64,000 bases of DNA from Balanoglossus misakiensis (taxonomy: Eukaryota; Animalia; Hemichordata): positions 7,456,468 through 7,520,467 of the forward strand of contig CM082596.2 of NCBI GenBank assembly GCA_040954595.2, in the 5' to 3' direction. Numbering within the stretch: the first letter of the stretch is position 1; each line of letters opens with the position of its first letter. The notes beneath the pieces are model-generated. The model was not told the DNA's origin. It saw only the letters and a program-made list of their open reading frames with translations, and made no database searches. Positions 24,625-36,500 of this stretch are shown here, piece by piece. Both the position numbers and the translations under genes were made by a program.

Positions 24625-26960
24625 CCAATGTATCTGTAAACAAAGAATTAAATATGGCGTTTCTTTTCTGTGTGCTTGGGGTGTCCGGAACAGCCAGTCG
24701 TGTAGGCGAACCACAGAAAAAGAAAGACTTTTTTTGTCTGCGTATAATTTGAGTCATTGAATTGGGAGCGGGTTGCCACTGGCAACCAACGTCGCATTCA
24801 TGGCCGAGTGGAAGAAGTTACGGAAATTTTGACACGATCTGCCGATGTCGAGTGACGTCACGTTGGCCAGATGTTAACGACACACAACCAGCTCACATGG
24901 TTACTATGTGACGCGCGTACCTCCTTTGACGAAAGTTCTGTTTTTCTTTTAATTAATAATAATCTTGCAAAGATCTGACATATTTGACGAGATGGACAAG
25001 TCATAAGCCACCATATTGCAGTTAAGAATGATGTCTCTATTTCATGCTACATGTATCATGTTTATCTCGACTTTCCGGAGCAAGCTGTCGTTATGTAAAT
25101 ATATGTCACAGAGGTTGACTTGAATGATATTTGGCGTAATACTGGTTATCTAATCGCCATGGTAGTGCTGGATTTGATTATAGCAGGATTTCTGTCTTGG
25201 TGGTAAAACAGCGACGACTGAGCGAGATGAAAATACCCTGACACAAACGGACATTACAGTTTTGCAATCTCGCGGGTGAAATTATAGACCAAACGGGATG
25301 CAGAAGACAAAAGTCTGCCAGCAACTACGAAAAGAACCGAGCGTCACATTTAGCTACCAGGTGCGTGGGCGAACCATCTCCAAGTCACGCGACCTGTCAA
25401 GAATTATGAATAACCTCACGCATCTGTGGATTTAACGACCAAACTTCCAGGGACTGAATCAGGATTTACGAAGTTCGCCCCGGCCTTCCAGGGATGTGCG
25501 TACCTACCTGGTCACGGCTATAAACTGCAACCATGGTGTCTGATGAGAGACTGGATTTCTGACGGGCAGCCAGTGGCTAAATCGCTGAACGATGGCGATG
25601 ACGTCATGATGCGGGACCGCACCTGCAAACACCACTTTCGAAATCAAACGTCCAACAAAGGGGTGTCTTCGTGTTTCGTTGCCTTTGGTGACACCGCTCT
25701 TCGGCAATTGCATTTACAATTCGTTTTGTTTATATTTGCATAATACTATATAATATGTGGTTGACTATAGCTGAACTCATGGTGAATTTAGGCTGAAATG
25801 CAACGTTACGCGTTAGTAACTATCTTTATCAAGCCAATGACTAAAATAGTTTACGCATGCGCAATTTGGAAAAGGGCGAAAACATGACAACTGCAGGGGT
25901 ATGGCGCCTTGAAAGAGAAACTACTAATCATATATTTCATATAATCTGTTCATAAGCATTAAGACCTTTTTGGTATCGGCTCTGTATGATAAATCTTTGA
26001 ACCTGTTTGGACAAATTCACGTTTGGGGCGCGGCACAAAATTGTGGTCGAGAGTGCGTTATGGAGGAAAGTGTGCCCGATTATAACAACAGAATTGTCTA
26101 ATTCACACACTATACTATTAAACGTTGAATGAGGAGCTGATTAAGAACTTAATTTAGGTCAACCTGTTTATGTGCATTGTCCCACTTTTTGAACTCGTAA
26201 CATTGCCCTTGGAAAATCTCAGTCATGGTTAGCGGTGGAAAGGTCTGGGAAGTGAAATCGTTTTCTCTAAACCTGGGTTGGTCACAGTTCGTGACGTATT
26301 GATTGTCGACGATACAAAAGGAGAAAAAGAAACTAGATTCGAGCGTTTCCGTGGGAAAATACCCATAGAGCACAACTCATGCGTGTTGAGTTCTTTCGTT
26401 TTAATTCAACAACGCCGCACTTTCAAACAAGTTTTACGGTTCCAACCTCCGCAATAAAGAAAATGAAAGACGTTCATTTGTAATATAAAGTGGGTCCGTC
26501 GAACACGTAACAAACGATTGCGGTATCTTATGTCGTTTTATGTATTGGTGTACGTGTCGGGGTAACCATTGCCCCTAAAACGCGTTACTATAGTGTTGTA
26601 TGAAGTATAATCACCTACAGACCTACATGTAGACTGTTAACATCAATTGTCATGGAAACTGTCATTACAGAAGAAATAACAAATTGTGTTTATTTAAAAA
26701 AAGAACAAAATCTAAACCTTTGTATAAAACAGCCTGTCATTTTGGTACCACAGTATATTCGCAGAGTATTCATAAAAATGACTGCTTTATATTATTAATG
26801 TCTCTTTGTTAATCATTGGGGCTCGACAGATCACCGGTGCGTGATTTGAACACAAACGACAAAGAAAAGTTTCGGAAGAACATGCCTTGATATTCAAGCG
26901 TTCGACCGATGAAAATGAAAACATTTTCCTACAGTTCAAATGTCACTTTTTGCGCTTTCA

Positions 26961-28805
26961 CTAGTTTTGTAGATCTCTCTCGTCCTCGTTCTCGGCATCG
27001 CTGCATTCGGCGGCGCCACCGACGAATCCAACCATCTCAGATCGTTCGTGTCGGTGCACGATCGGCCTCCTCGGAGACCCTGTCTTCTTCTCCCTTTCCG
27101 AGTTCGATTTTTCATCGTTCTTTTTCGCCTCGTCGCTCTGACTCCCGCCCGCCGCCTTGCCAACGGTCGTGTTTCTGTAGTCAAACATTTCCTCGTACGA
27201 ATCTTCGAATGCATCCGCGGTGAAATCGTGCACACTGATCAGAGAAGCCCCGTGGCTGATTTTCTCCGCTGCGAACGAGGTCACAGGGTGTGTGACGCCC
27301 GCTCCCGTTTCCAGGGTTACTGCAGCGTCTTCCTAAAGAAGAGAATGGACAGGTGAAGCGTCTCAAATAACCGAAAAGACAAAACCTGAACTTTTCCTTT
27401 AAAATCCGCCCCAGGTCACAGTAGTGACATAAATTAATCAAACTATCCTAGTTCCCTTAAGTCTGTTTTTTGTGCTTTGGGTCTAAAAAATCCTCTGCAA
27501 TCCACTCCATAGCAAAAAAAATGATTAATGAATTTTACTGTATTAAACCTACTAGACACATAAACACAAAATACACGCCAATCACATGATGAAAAATCTT
27601 GACCTGTGCTAGCGCTCTTACTCATCCAAATCCCTTTTTGCGCGAAATACAGGACGTCTGCCTTCCATTTTATAACGAAATATTCTCCTAATCATATACA
27701 GTGGTTTACCCTCGACTGTCTATCTCCCAATGGTGGAAAAATGTGCAATTCACGTTGGGTCAGAATGCTGAATGACAATGTTTCTACGAGTCTAATTTTA
27801 TCTCAAAATAAAAATCGCCTCTGCGAAAGTTCCCAGGGATTCTTGCCGCCAGATTCGTAGAACTTTTACGATGTGCTCTCGCTTCAAGGGAAAACGAATT
27901 CTGCATTGTCAGTCGATTTTTAGTCCATTGATCAGTAACACCTGGTAACATAACCCTCCTGAACTGTGTGGTGCGGGTGACGTTTTGCATAATTTTACTC
28001 TCTTAGTGTGAGCTGTGACCTCACAAAGTGAAAGTGACTGCAGAATGCCTTAAGTTTTTTTTTCGAAATCTCCTTCGCGGTCTCAAACATAGCCACCGTC
28101 TTTACAGTTGAGAATGTTTACGGTGAGCAAGGTTAACGTTGCCATGGAAACTCAAATTGAAGATGCTTTGACTTTAGTAAAAACCAAAGGCAGTGTGGGT
28201 TTCGACGATCATTATAAATTTAGGCGAACTGAATACATACAGCAGCTCACAACAGCGAGTCGACGGCATGCTAAGCGGGCGGCGATATAGAATATCGAAT
28301 ATTAAAATATTTCTTCATCTCATATGAATGCAGAAATCTGATTGGATAGGTGGGTGGATGGGTCGATATTATGAATTGTGAAGTTTTGAGTACAATATTG
28401 ATTTTAATAAGTTGTCGAGTCCTGAAGCTTTTATTTATGAGTTAGCACGGATTTGTGACAAGTTGACCCAATTTACTTCAACTGATGGTATGTCTAATAC
28501 CTTTTCTTTAAGTAAAATTCATGTTTCAAATTTGCGTTTAAAATGCCTACATTTTTGGTAGGAAAAAACACTGTTATTGCATCAGTAAATGTAACACGAC
28601 GAATATTGACTATCAATGGTCCTTTTTATAGAGAAAGGGCGGCTCAGCCAAAAATTCAGCAATTTTGCATTTGTGTGTTAGTAATGTGGTTTTAGGCTTG
28701 TAAGAACCACGGTAGATGTATTTCACTAAATAGAGCAAATTAATTAAATGCAATTCATACCTCGATTCCTACTTTAGTTTTAGCTGCCGAAGTCGCGCAT
28801 CCCAT
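26961..28805 (-). CDS. Putative 2-exon small acidic, probably disordered protein with N-terminal MGC lipidation motif (~138 aa)
   Basis: Exon 28761-28805 (MGCATSAAKTKVGIE|gtatga) joins in phase 0 to exon 26961-27332 (acceptor ttctcttctttag; EDAAVTLETGAG...DAFEDSYEEMFDY...DERDLQN*). Both exons are GC-rich islands in AT-rich DNA. An extra middle exon cannot be excluded. Confidence 0.68.
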
Positions 28806-30215
28806 ACTCGATATGCGCACGCGCCGTTCGGTGTGTCCGTTCGGGATGTCTGTGGACTGAGCACTCTCTCACCGAGAGGGCCACTGGAAATGATGGCACC
28901 TTCTTTACACCCGAGGATTTTAATCGTTGGAGGTTGAGACTGGACATGACATCACCTTTTACGGGATGTCGTGTTGGCGGAGTCACTTCTGGCTCCTCTA
29001 AGATCTCGGCAAACCATAGACAGTAGACTGTCTATGGGCAAACACAAACTTTGTGGAGCTGCAATCTGACAAAACATGCAATAGTCACATAATAGTCTCA
29101 AGTCGAGACGCTATCATAAATTAACATTGCGCGAACCAAAGATACCGTCGCTCTGGTAACCAAATCATTTTCGGTTTAGGGGCCACTGTACTTAAAGCTA
29201 CAGCATGACTTCTGACAACTATCGTGTCCGCATTTTTTTTTACGTGGGAGGTGTTTGGATCTTTGGTACGTGACTGTGCTGACGCTGATGGAGGCTCGCG
29301 AACTTGATATACGAATGTGGTACCACCGGTGGGTCTATTCAAGATGGCGTACAACATTCACACCTTGCACCGATATTGAACATTTCGATCAGACATATGC
29401 GCGTTGGGGACAGATTTTCAGAAACATGATAATTCTCCAATCCTTTCAATTATTAACTATATTAAAGTGCTTGGGAAGCCTTTTTGAGAATAAAAACACT
29501 TCACCATCTTCTTTTTCTGTAAATGCCATTATTTATGAATTTCAAAGTTGAGACAATTTGACCAAATTTTGCGCCAGTCATTCCAAATTTTGCACGGTGA
29601 TCCCGCGTTTTCTTGGCTGTGCCACTGAGAAAAAAAGTCTAGCGCTCGCTCACTATCTGGTTGTCCGATAGTTCAGCCGCTCACATGGTGATGTAACTGG
29701 CCTCCCTACTTGAAGTCAATCACATAATCCGCGTGCTTCCCTATCTTCGCATGGAAGATTGTAGTCAAAGCAATGCTAAATACTAGTATCGTTACAGTCA
29801 CTGTGCTACCCCTCGCTGACTATTACGTGATGTCAAATTCATTTTAAAATTAAAAACAATCTGTGATAGATTTTAAAAGCGCATAAAAAATCTATGGTAT
29901 GTGCGAAGTCTTCCGGTTTAAATATTGCGGTAAGGTGATTTTGACAGGGCGTGTGCGACAACTTAAGGAGTAACTCACTTCATTAAATTGAGAAAGGCTT
30001 CCTTCTACCAATGAACCTGTAAAGGGAGTGAAGTTAAATTGTAACGGAGATATGGTGGTGATATTGAAGAAGAAGAAAGGAGGTCTCGGTTTTAGCACAA
30101 AAGGCAGGAAAGTGACTGAGCGACAATAAGGTCGAGCCAAAAAAATATCACTTTGCCGTTCAACCGGATATACCGCACTTGATATTCCCAATGGTCGACT
30201 TTACGTACGATACTA

Positions 30216-30604
30216 TTGTACACCGTGACAGCTGATTGGCCGCGGGAGTGTTTGTCTTTCGTTTTTCTTCTTTGCGTGTTCATGACTACTAGTCTTTTCA
30301 ATGTGGCGTAGAATTCATTCTTTGGAGTTCAGAATGTGATCCAACGAGAGGACATGGTGATTTTGACCCCCCCACCTCACGTGTGATGGGGCGTACAAGA
30401 ATATTCTAAAACATTTTTTGTAGGCAACTTCACGAGGGTGCGTCCGACGTGAAGGCTATGCCTTGATAACAAATAATGGTGATGATGCTTACCGTGTCAT
30501 ACATGAACAATGAACAATATATGCGATACTCTTGAGTCTTGTACACCATGGCAGCTGACTGCCCACGAGATTGTTTGTCTTTCGTTTTTCTTCTTCGCGT
30601 GTTA
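30216..30604. repeat. Local diverged direct duplication (~65 bp x 2)
   Basis: TTGTACACC.TG.CAGCTGA...TGTTTGTCTTTCGTTTTTCTTCTT.GCGTGTT at ~30216 and ~30539. Confidence 0.75.
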
Positions 30605-33190
30605 ATTAATATTCTCCCCCCTCTCTCTCTCATCCCCTACCCCCCCCCCCCGCCGAGACGCATTCGTGGAGATGCCGACACTGATACAAAATATGGTGTA
30701 ATCATCACCCCCCCCCCCTTCATCCAAACCCACGCGCCATATTTCACGCAATAGTTGCCTCATACTGACACGACTTGGTAATCTGTGGCAGTCACTGATG
30801 AAAAATGTTTGCAGGTCATCACCCGTACCTGGTTTTAGTCCAATATTAGACATATATCCCATTTCGTTCTATCTCTCTCTCTATAGTGACACGGTCTAAG
30901 GTCAGGACAAAGTCCGGGATGAAATATGATCGAAATGCCCTTAGAATCAACTTATTGGTCGATTTTGTTTAATAAGTAAACTCGTCTATGATGTTTGACT
31001 TCTTGAAACTTCTGGCCACCTGTAAACAATCTCAACTCTGTTTGTATCGAATTGAAACATCAGAACAATTGTCATGGTATTGCGCCATCAACACACGATA
31101 ATGAAAATTCATTTCGCTTCACACATTGATGGCGAAATAGCAGGAAACACTGGTTCTGAAACCAGTGCAGTAAGACAAGCAACGTTCTCAATTTTTTGTT
31201 TTCCCTCATTTTTTTCCGATAAGTTTCATGATCTTTCGCCTAACACCTTTTGGTGCCTCATCTAGCTACTTGAGCAATATGTATATTTTTGTTTTCTCTC
31301 ATCTTTGTGACATCACATGTTTATCATTTTATTTTATCTGGTGGGCTTACATCAAGCAACATTCACAATCTGGATTCTCTCTAAAAAATGGCAACATATT
31401 TATTCAGAACTATTTATAACAATTTACAAGTTATTTACAGTTTTACATTGTCCTCTGTACAGATTGTCATAAAATTTGCTGATTTGAAAGAGCGGGGATT
31501 TTTTTTCCGCATAAAAGCGGCTACGTGGCATCAAAGAAACACACTGAAAACGAACCGCAAACTGATAAAAAAATTGGTGAAATCCAAACATTGGATGATA
31601 CAGACTTCTGTTACATGCTTTCCCTTTGTGATGCAGTTTCTATGACCACAAGGTCAAAGGTCACAACCAACGCGCAAGGTTTCACGGGAAATCGCGAAGC
31701 GGAAGTGCGGAAAATGACCAGACGACGCTTGCTGTAACACGGAAGAGGCCGATTTTTGTGTGCAAATCGTCAAAATACGAAGGGGCATATGGTTTTTAAA
31801 TAAAACGACACAAAGTACTCGTTGATAATCTCACTGGTGAGTACCCCATCTATGTTTTTACACTGAAACATTGTATATCAGAAAGTTATCGTAGTTATTC
31901 GTGTGCTTTAGCGGCGAGCGATCGGGTCCGCAATGTATTACACTGGCCTGATCCTCTTGCGGGAACGCTGAAAATCCGTTTGTTTCGTTGTTTACGGAAA
32001 TATTTCGGTGAAATATACTTCAAGACATTTTTTAGGGCGTCTATTAGTGGGTTCACATCTAGGCCAATCACAGGTCGCACCGTAGTTAAGAGCGCGTAGA
32101 TCAGGAAAAATAGCATTGGACCAAACCATGGTGGTGAAAGGGTTGTAACAAAACTGCAGACCAGGAAATCTCATAACAACGCCACTAGAAAAATAAAAAT
32201 GCACAATGATTGAATCACATGTATTGCAACTAGCAAATATGTACAAAGAGAATCATCATAAATTGTCATTTGTTGGGAATAACATGGACTTATGCACAGC
32301 ACAATTCCAACAAAACCGGGGCAGCCATTTGAAATTTACAATTTTCAACTAATTTCTAAAATTATAATTTAATCAATAAAATCGTGCCTTGACATTTCGA
32401 GCTGATCACTGTCATTGTCAAATGTTTAATTTTTACAAAATTTAAAATTAGATGATTGGTATAAAACAGATCTCTGCAGTTTTGAAATTATATGCAAACA
32501 GTTACAATATCTACATGTACAAACTTCAAAATGATCATCCATTTGAGGACTTAACTGCTTTAACAATAAGCAACAACATTAAACTTTAAAGAACAATTGC
32601 ATATATCTATTTGGACGGACTTCTGACGATCTCATGGCCAAGCGCAACAACATGAAAAAAAAAAATCACTCAGAAAGTTTTTTTCATAATACTTATCGCA
32701 AATGTTAATGTATTATAGAACAATCTGTACATAAACACAAATATAAAAACAGATATAATAGATGGATTTTTTATTGTATATATAACAGCCATTGTCAAGC
32801 CACTGATTCATTAACCTTGAACTTGCACTTTAGTTGAAGTTTGCTTCAACAAAGAAATTAAGTCTGTAATGTAAATATTCATTCACTAAGATTATTTTTT
32901 GGGGGAAAAAAACAAATGATTTCAAAAACTTCAAGACATTGTACAAGATATTCATTTATGTACTGATATTCTACCTATGATAAACCATAGCAAGAATTTG
33001 AATATATAATTATTCAGGATTGATTTCACAAAAACAAAACAAGCACATGCAGTGTAAGTGGTACTGACACCATTACATTTTGTGCGCAAGCTAAGGACAC
33101 CAGTATACTTAGTGTGGCGATGTTACGCTGAATTCTTATCTCCAATTACATTTCCTAACCATTCTTGGTATGTTGTTGTCATTGAACACC

Positions 33191-33530
33191 CTACTTAGGG
33201 ATGCCTGTAAAATTTAATGCCTTGTCTGGGGATGCCATTTACATTAGAAGTCCTGCTCAGGGATGCCAGTAAATTGAATGTCCAACCTAGGGATGTCCAG
33301 CCTAGGGATGATTTCTACGTTGGATGACCGTCCCAGGGGTGCCGTGTGTATTGAATGTTCAGCCTAGGGATGCCATTAAAATGAATGTCCAGCCTAGGGA
33401 TGCCATTAAAATAAATGTCCAGCCTAGGGATGCCATTAACTTGAATGTCCAGCCTAGGGATGCCATTATTCTGAATATCCAGGCTAGAGATGCTATATAT
33501 ACAAAAATCGAGCCTTGGGATGCCGTTTAC
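33191..33530. repeat. ~30-bp minisatellite (TGAATGTCCAGCCTAGGGATGCCATTAAA-type), ~11 units
   Basis: Recurring CCTAGGGATGCC at ~30-nt period; central units nearly identical, flanks degenerate. Confidence 0.9.
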
Positions 33531-36500
33531 ATTGATTGCATAGAGCCGTAACCGAATGAATCTAACAGAGAATTCACTCTCCTCGAGTTCGGAGGCGGTG
33601 CCGATCGGAAAGTGTGCGACGTGTTCGGCCGTGTTGGCGGTCGTCCTTTCAGAAGTTTCTCATCTTTCTTTTCTGTCGGTAGTGTGATGTGATCTGTCTC
33701 GCCCGCGCTAAGTTTCGCCGAGGTCTCCTCTTTCTTAGTGACCGGCGCACTTGATGGTCGTAGCTTGGGTATCTTCGGTTGATTGTCCAGGGTTAGGTCG
33801 GAGCACGCCATGCTCACGTTAGTTCTGTTGCGGATGTGTATGAGCATCTGCAAGACAAGAGAAAATGGCAATATTGTTTCAGGTTGATTTTATTATACTG
33901 CAGTTTTGATTGTCTGCTGTAAAAACAATGTCATCTCAATATCAAGGGTTATTTGAGACTTTGAGACATTCATGATGATTCAATGGACAAATGAATTTAG
34001 CAATCACCCAATCACATTTGTAGATAACATGGAACATTCACATCTCTTTGTAATGTAACTGACGTGGTAATTCATTTTTTGATACTCACCTATCCTAGCC
34101 TGGAAGGCAGTGTGTTAGTGAAAGCAATGAAGATTAGATAGATAAGTGATGGACAGAAGTTAGTTTTGATTATATCGATGATGAAAAGATGCACATTAGA
34201 TAAGGCTAAGATGCAGGTTTTATTAGTGAGTGAATTGAGAACAATGTTATTCACAGCAGTGACATACAAGACAAAGGAACACTTGCCACCAGGATGGGGG
34301 ACTTGTATGTAGAATTTTTGTGTTGTAGTCATGGACACTAGAATAAATGTGTACATGTACTGCAGTGTTCTCCCCAGAGCAATTAAAGCATGGTGGCCAC
34401 CACTCTTTAATTATGAGAAGACAATAGAAATTAATTAACATAACAAGTGTTTATATTGTTATGTAAATTAGCCGCCATGCTTTCCCAGAATCCTGGGTAG
34501 AACACTGTTGTGTAACTGGTACCAGTAACAGGACAGAAGTATAGCAACAATGATTTCTGAGAACATCTGGTCAGTTTTCTGCCAAGTCTGAATCAAAGCC
34601 TTCATCAGCACACACTCAGCAGATGGCTTTAGAGATCAACACTGCCTATACACTCTCACCTGCATAGTTTCTTTGGCATTGCTGAGCTTCTCAACGCGTT
34701 GCACTTCCGTGTTGGATTTCTCGTTGAACAGCTCGTCGCATTTCTGCATGTACCTGCGCCTGTGGAATGAAATCAGCAACAGTAAGTTCAACAACAACAA
34801 GAAGAAGAGCCGACCTCAGTCTGTGTTTATACAAGTCTGAACCGATTGTGACACCATATCTACCATCACCCCCACCCTGCCCTGCCCCCCACACACACAC
34901 ACAAATACTGCGGACAGACCATGGTTTTAACAATGCCATTAATACTGAAAAATGTTCTGTCTCACACGTTTTCTTTCATAGGAACACCAAACATTGTAGG
35001 TTACTTCCTAAACTTTGGAAGCTATACAATAGAGTTTAGTATATGGTCACCTATGTAATAGCCAGTTACAACAGAATGTTGCATTCTAGCCAATCACAGA
35101 TTCTCACTCAGTTGCCCACATGAAAAAAAAAGTGTGGCACACCTTTGTCGTTAGAAGATACCCTTCTAACCTTACATGGGCATATGTAAATTAGAGGTGA
35201 TTGTGTTTCTTTAATTGTACAGTAGTGGTCATTCGTACCTGAGGTCTGTGTTTTCTCCCATTAGATTGTGCATCCTCTGTTTGTACTTATCATCGACTTC
35301 TTGTACTTTGTCTAGGAAATGTTCCTCAAACCCAATAAGACGAATTTTCTGAAGAGATAAAAGGAAATGTACAATGTCATGTTTTGGCTGCATAGTTTTC
35401 ACACTGTCCTGTGCAGTGATCAGCGGGCAAGTACATGTACTGGCAGTTCACATGAAATCTCTATGGCTTGATGTACCATCTTGACTTAGAAGAGAGTTCA
35501 CACTTGGAATTAGACTTTCACAGAAGATTTCATGCCCAGATACGAAAAAGATGATGTTAAGGATGTACGTTCAGTAAAATTGAAAGTATTGTCATTTTTT
35601 TTAATTGTGGATTTTTGGATTCTTCTTTGTATGTATAATGAAAATCCGTAATAAAATATAGGGGTCACCGCGCTTGTTTTTGAAATACAGAGCCATGAAT
35701 TTAGCCGATAATAGAAGAAAACTGATGACTCAGCATTTTTCACCAATGGTTTGTCTATGGGCAAAATTTTTGACGCAATTTATCTCAAAATAGAGCGCGG
35801 TGACCCCTATATTTTATTTGACCAATGAATTTATATTTGCTGGATTGAGCTATGTGTAAAATTTCGTGAAAATGACAATAGTAGAAGTTTGTTTTCTAGC
35901 AATTTTCAATGTAATCCTATGGGAAAAAGACCGGGCGCGCACTGTTTCCGGTTTATGTTCTGCGCGTACATCCTTAAAAGAACCTCTATAAACCGGACAC
36001 CTTTGCAAACCAAACAATTTCTTCAGTCTTTTTGGTGTTCGGTTTAGACAAGGTTTTGCTGTAGTAGTACTCACAGCATCATCCAGTTCAAATTTGGTCT
36101 TTTTCAGTTCCTCTGTCACAACCTCCAACTGTTCTGACTTCTTGGTCAATTCCTCTTTGACACTGTGAAGCTGATCCAAAGCTTTCTTCATGTTTTCCAT
36201 GTCAACTGCAGCCGTGGAAAACTTCTTATGGAAAGTCTGAGAGAGATTACAATGTTTGGTCAATTCTCACTACTGGTACCTTAAAAAGGGTTTTCCTACC
36301 TAGATGAGTGATAAAAATCTGATGTGGTCGACAGAAATTCAAGATGGTGGATTTCTGCAGGCCATGTTTAATCAATGGTGGGTCATAATTAAATAAACGT
36401 TTCATCATACTGGAATTTTGTAAAAAAAAATGTTGAATAGTTAAAAGAGTTCCATATACTTACTACAAAAACAAATTTTAGGCATAAAAACCATCACAAA

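Noticed and set aside
31690-32250. CpG-rich block resembling a transposon fragment or promoter
   Set aside because: No TIR/TSD pair, second copy or exon could be defined within the window.
33324-33551. NVQPRDAI repeat ORF and CRISPR-like periodicity
   Set aside because: Contiguous ~30-bp minisatellite with no unique spacers, no cas genes and a eukaryotic context.
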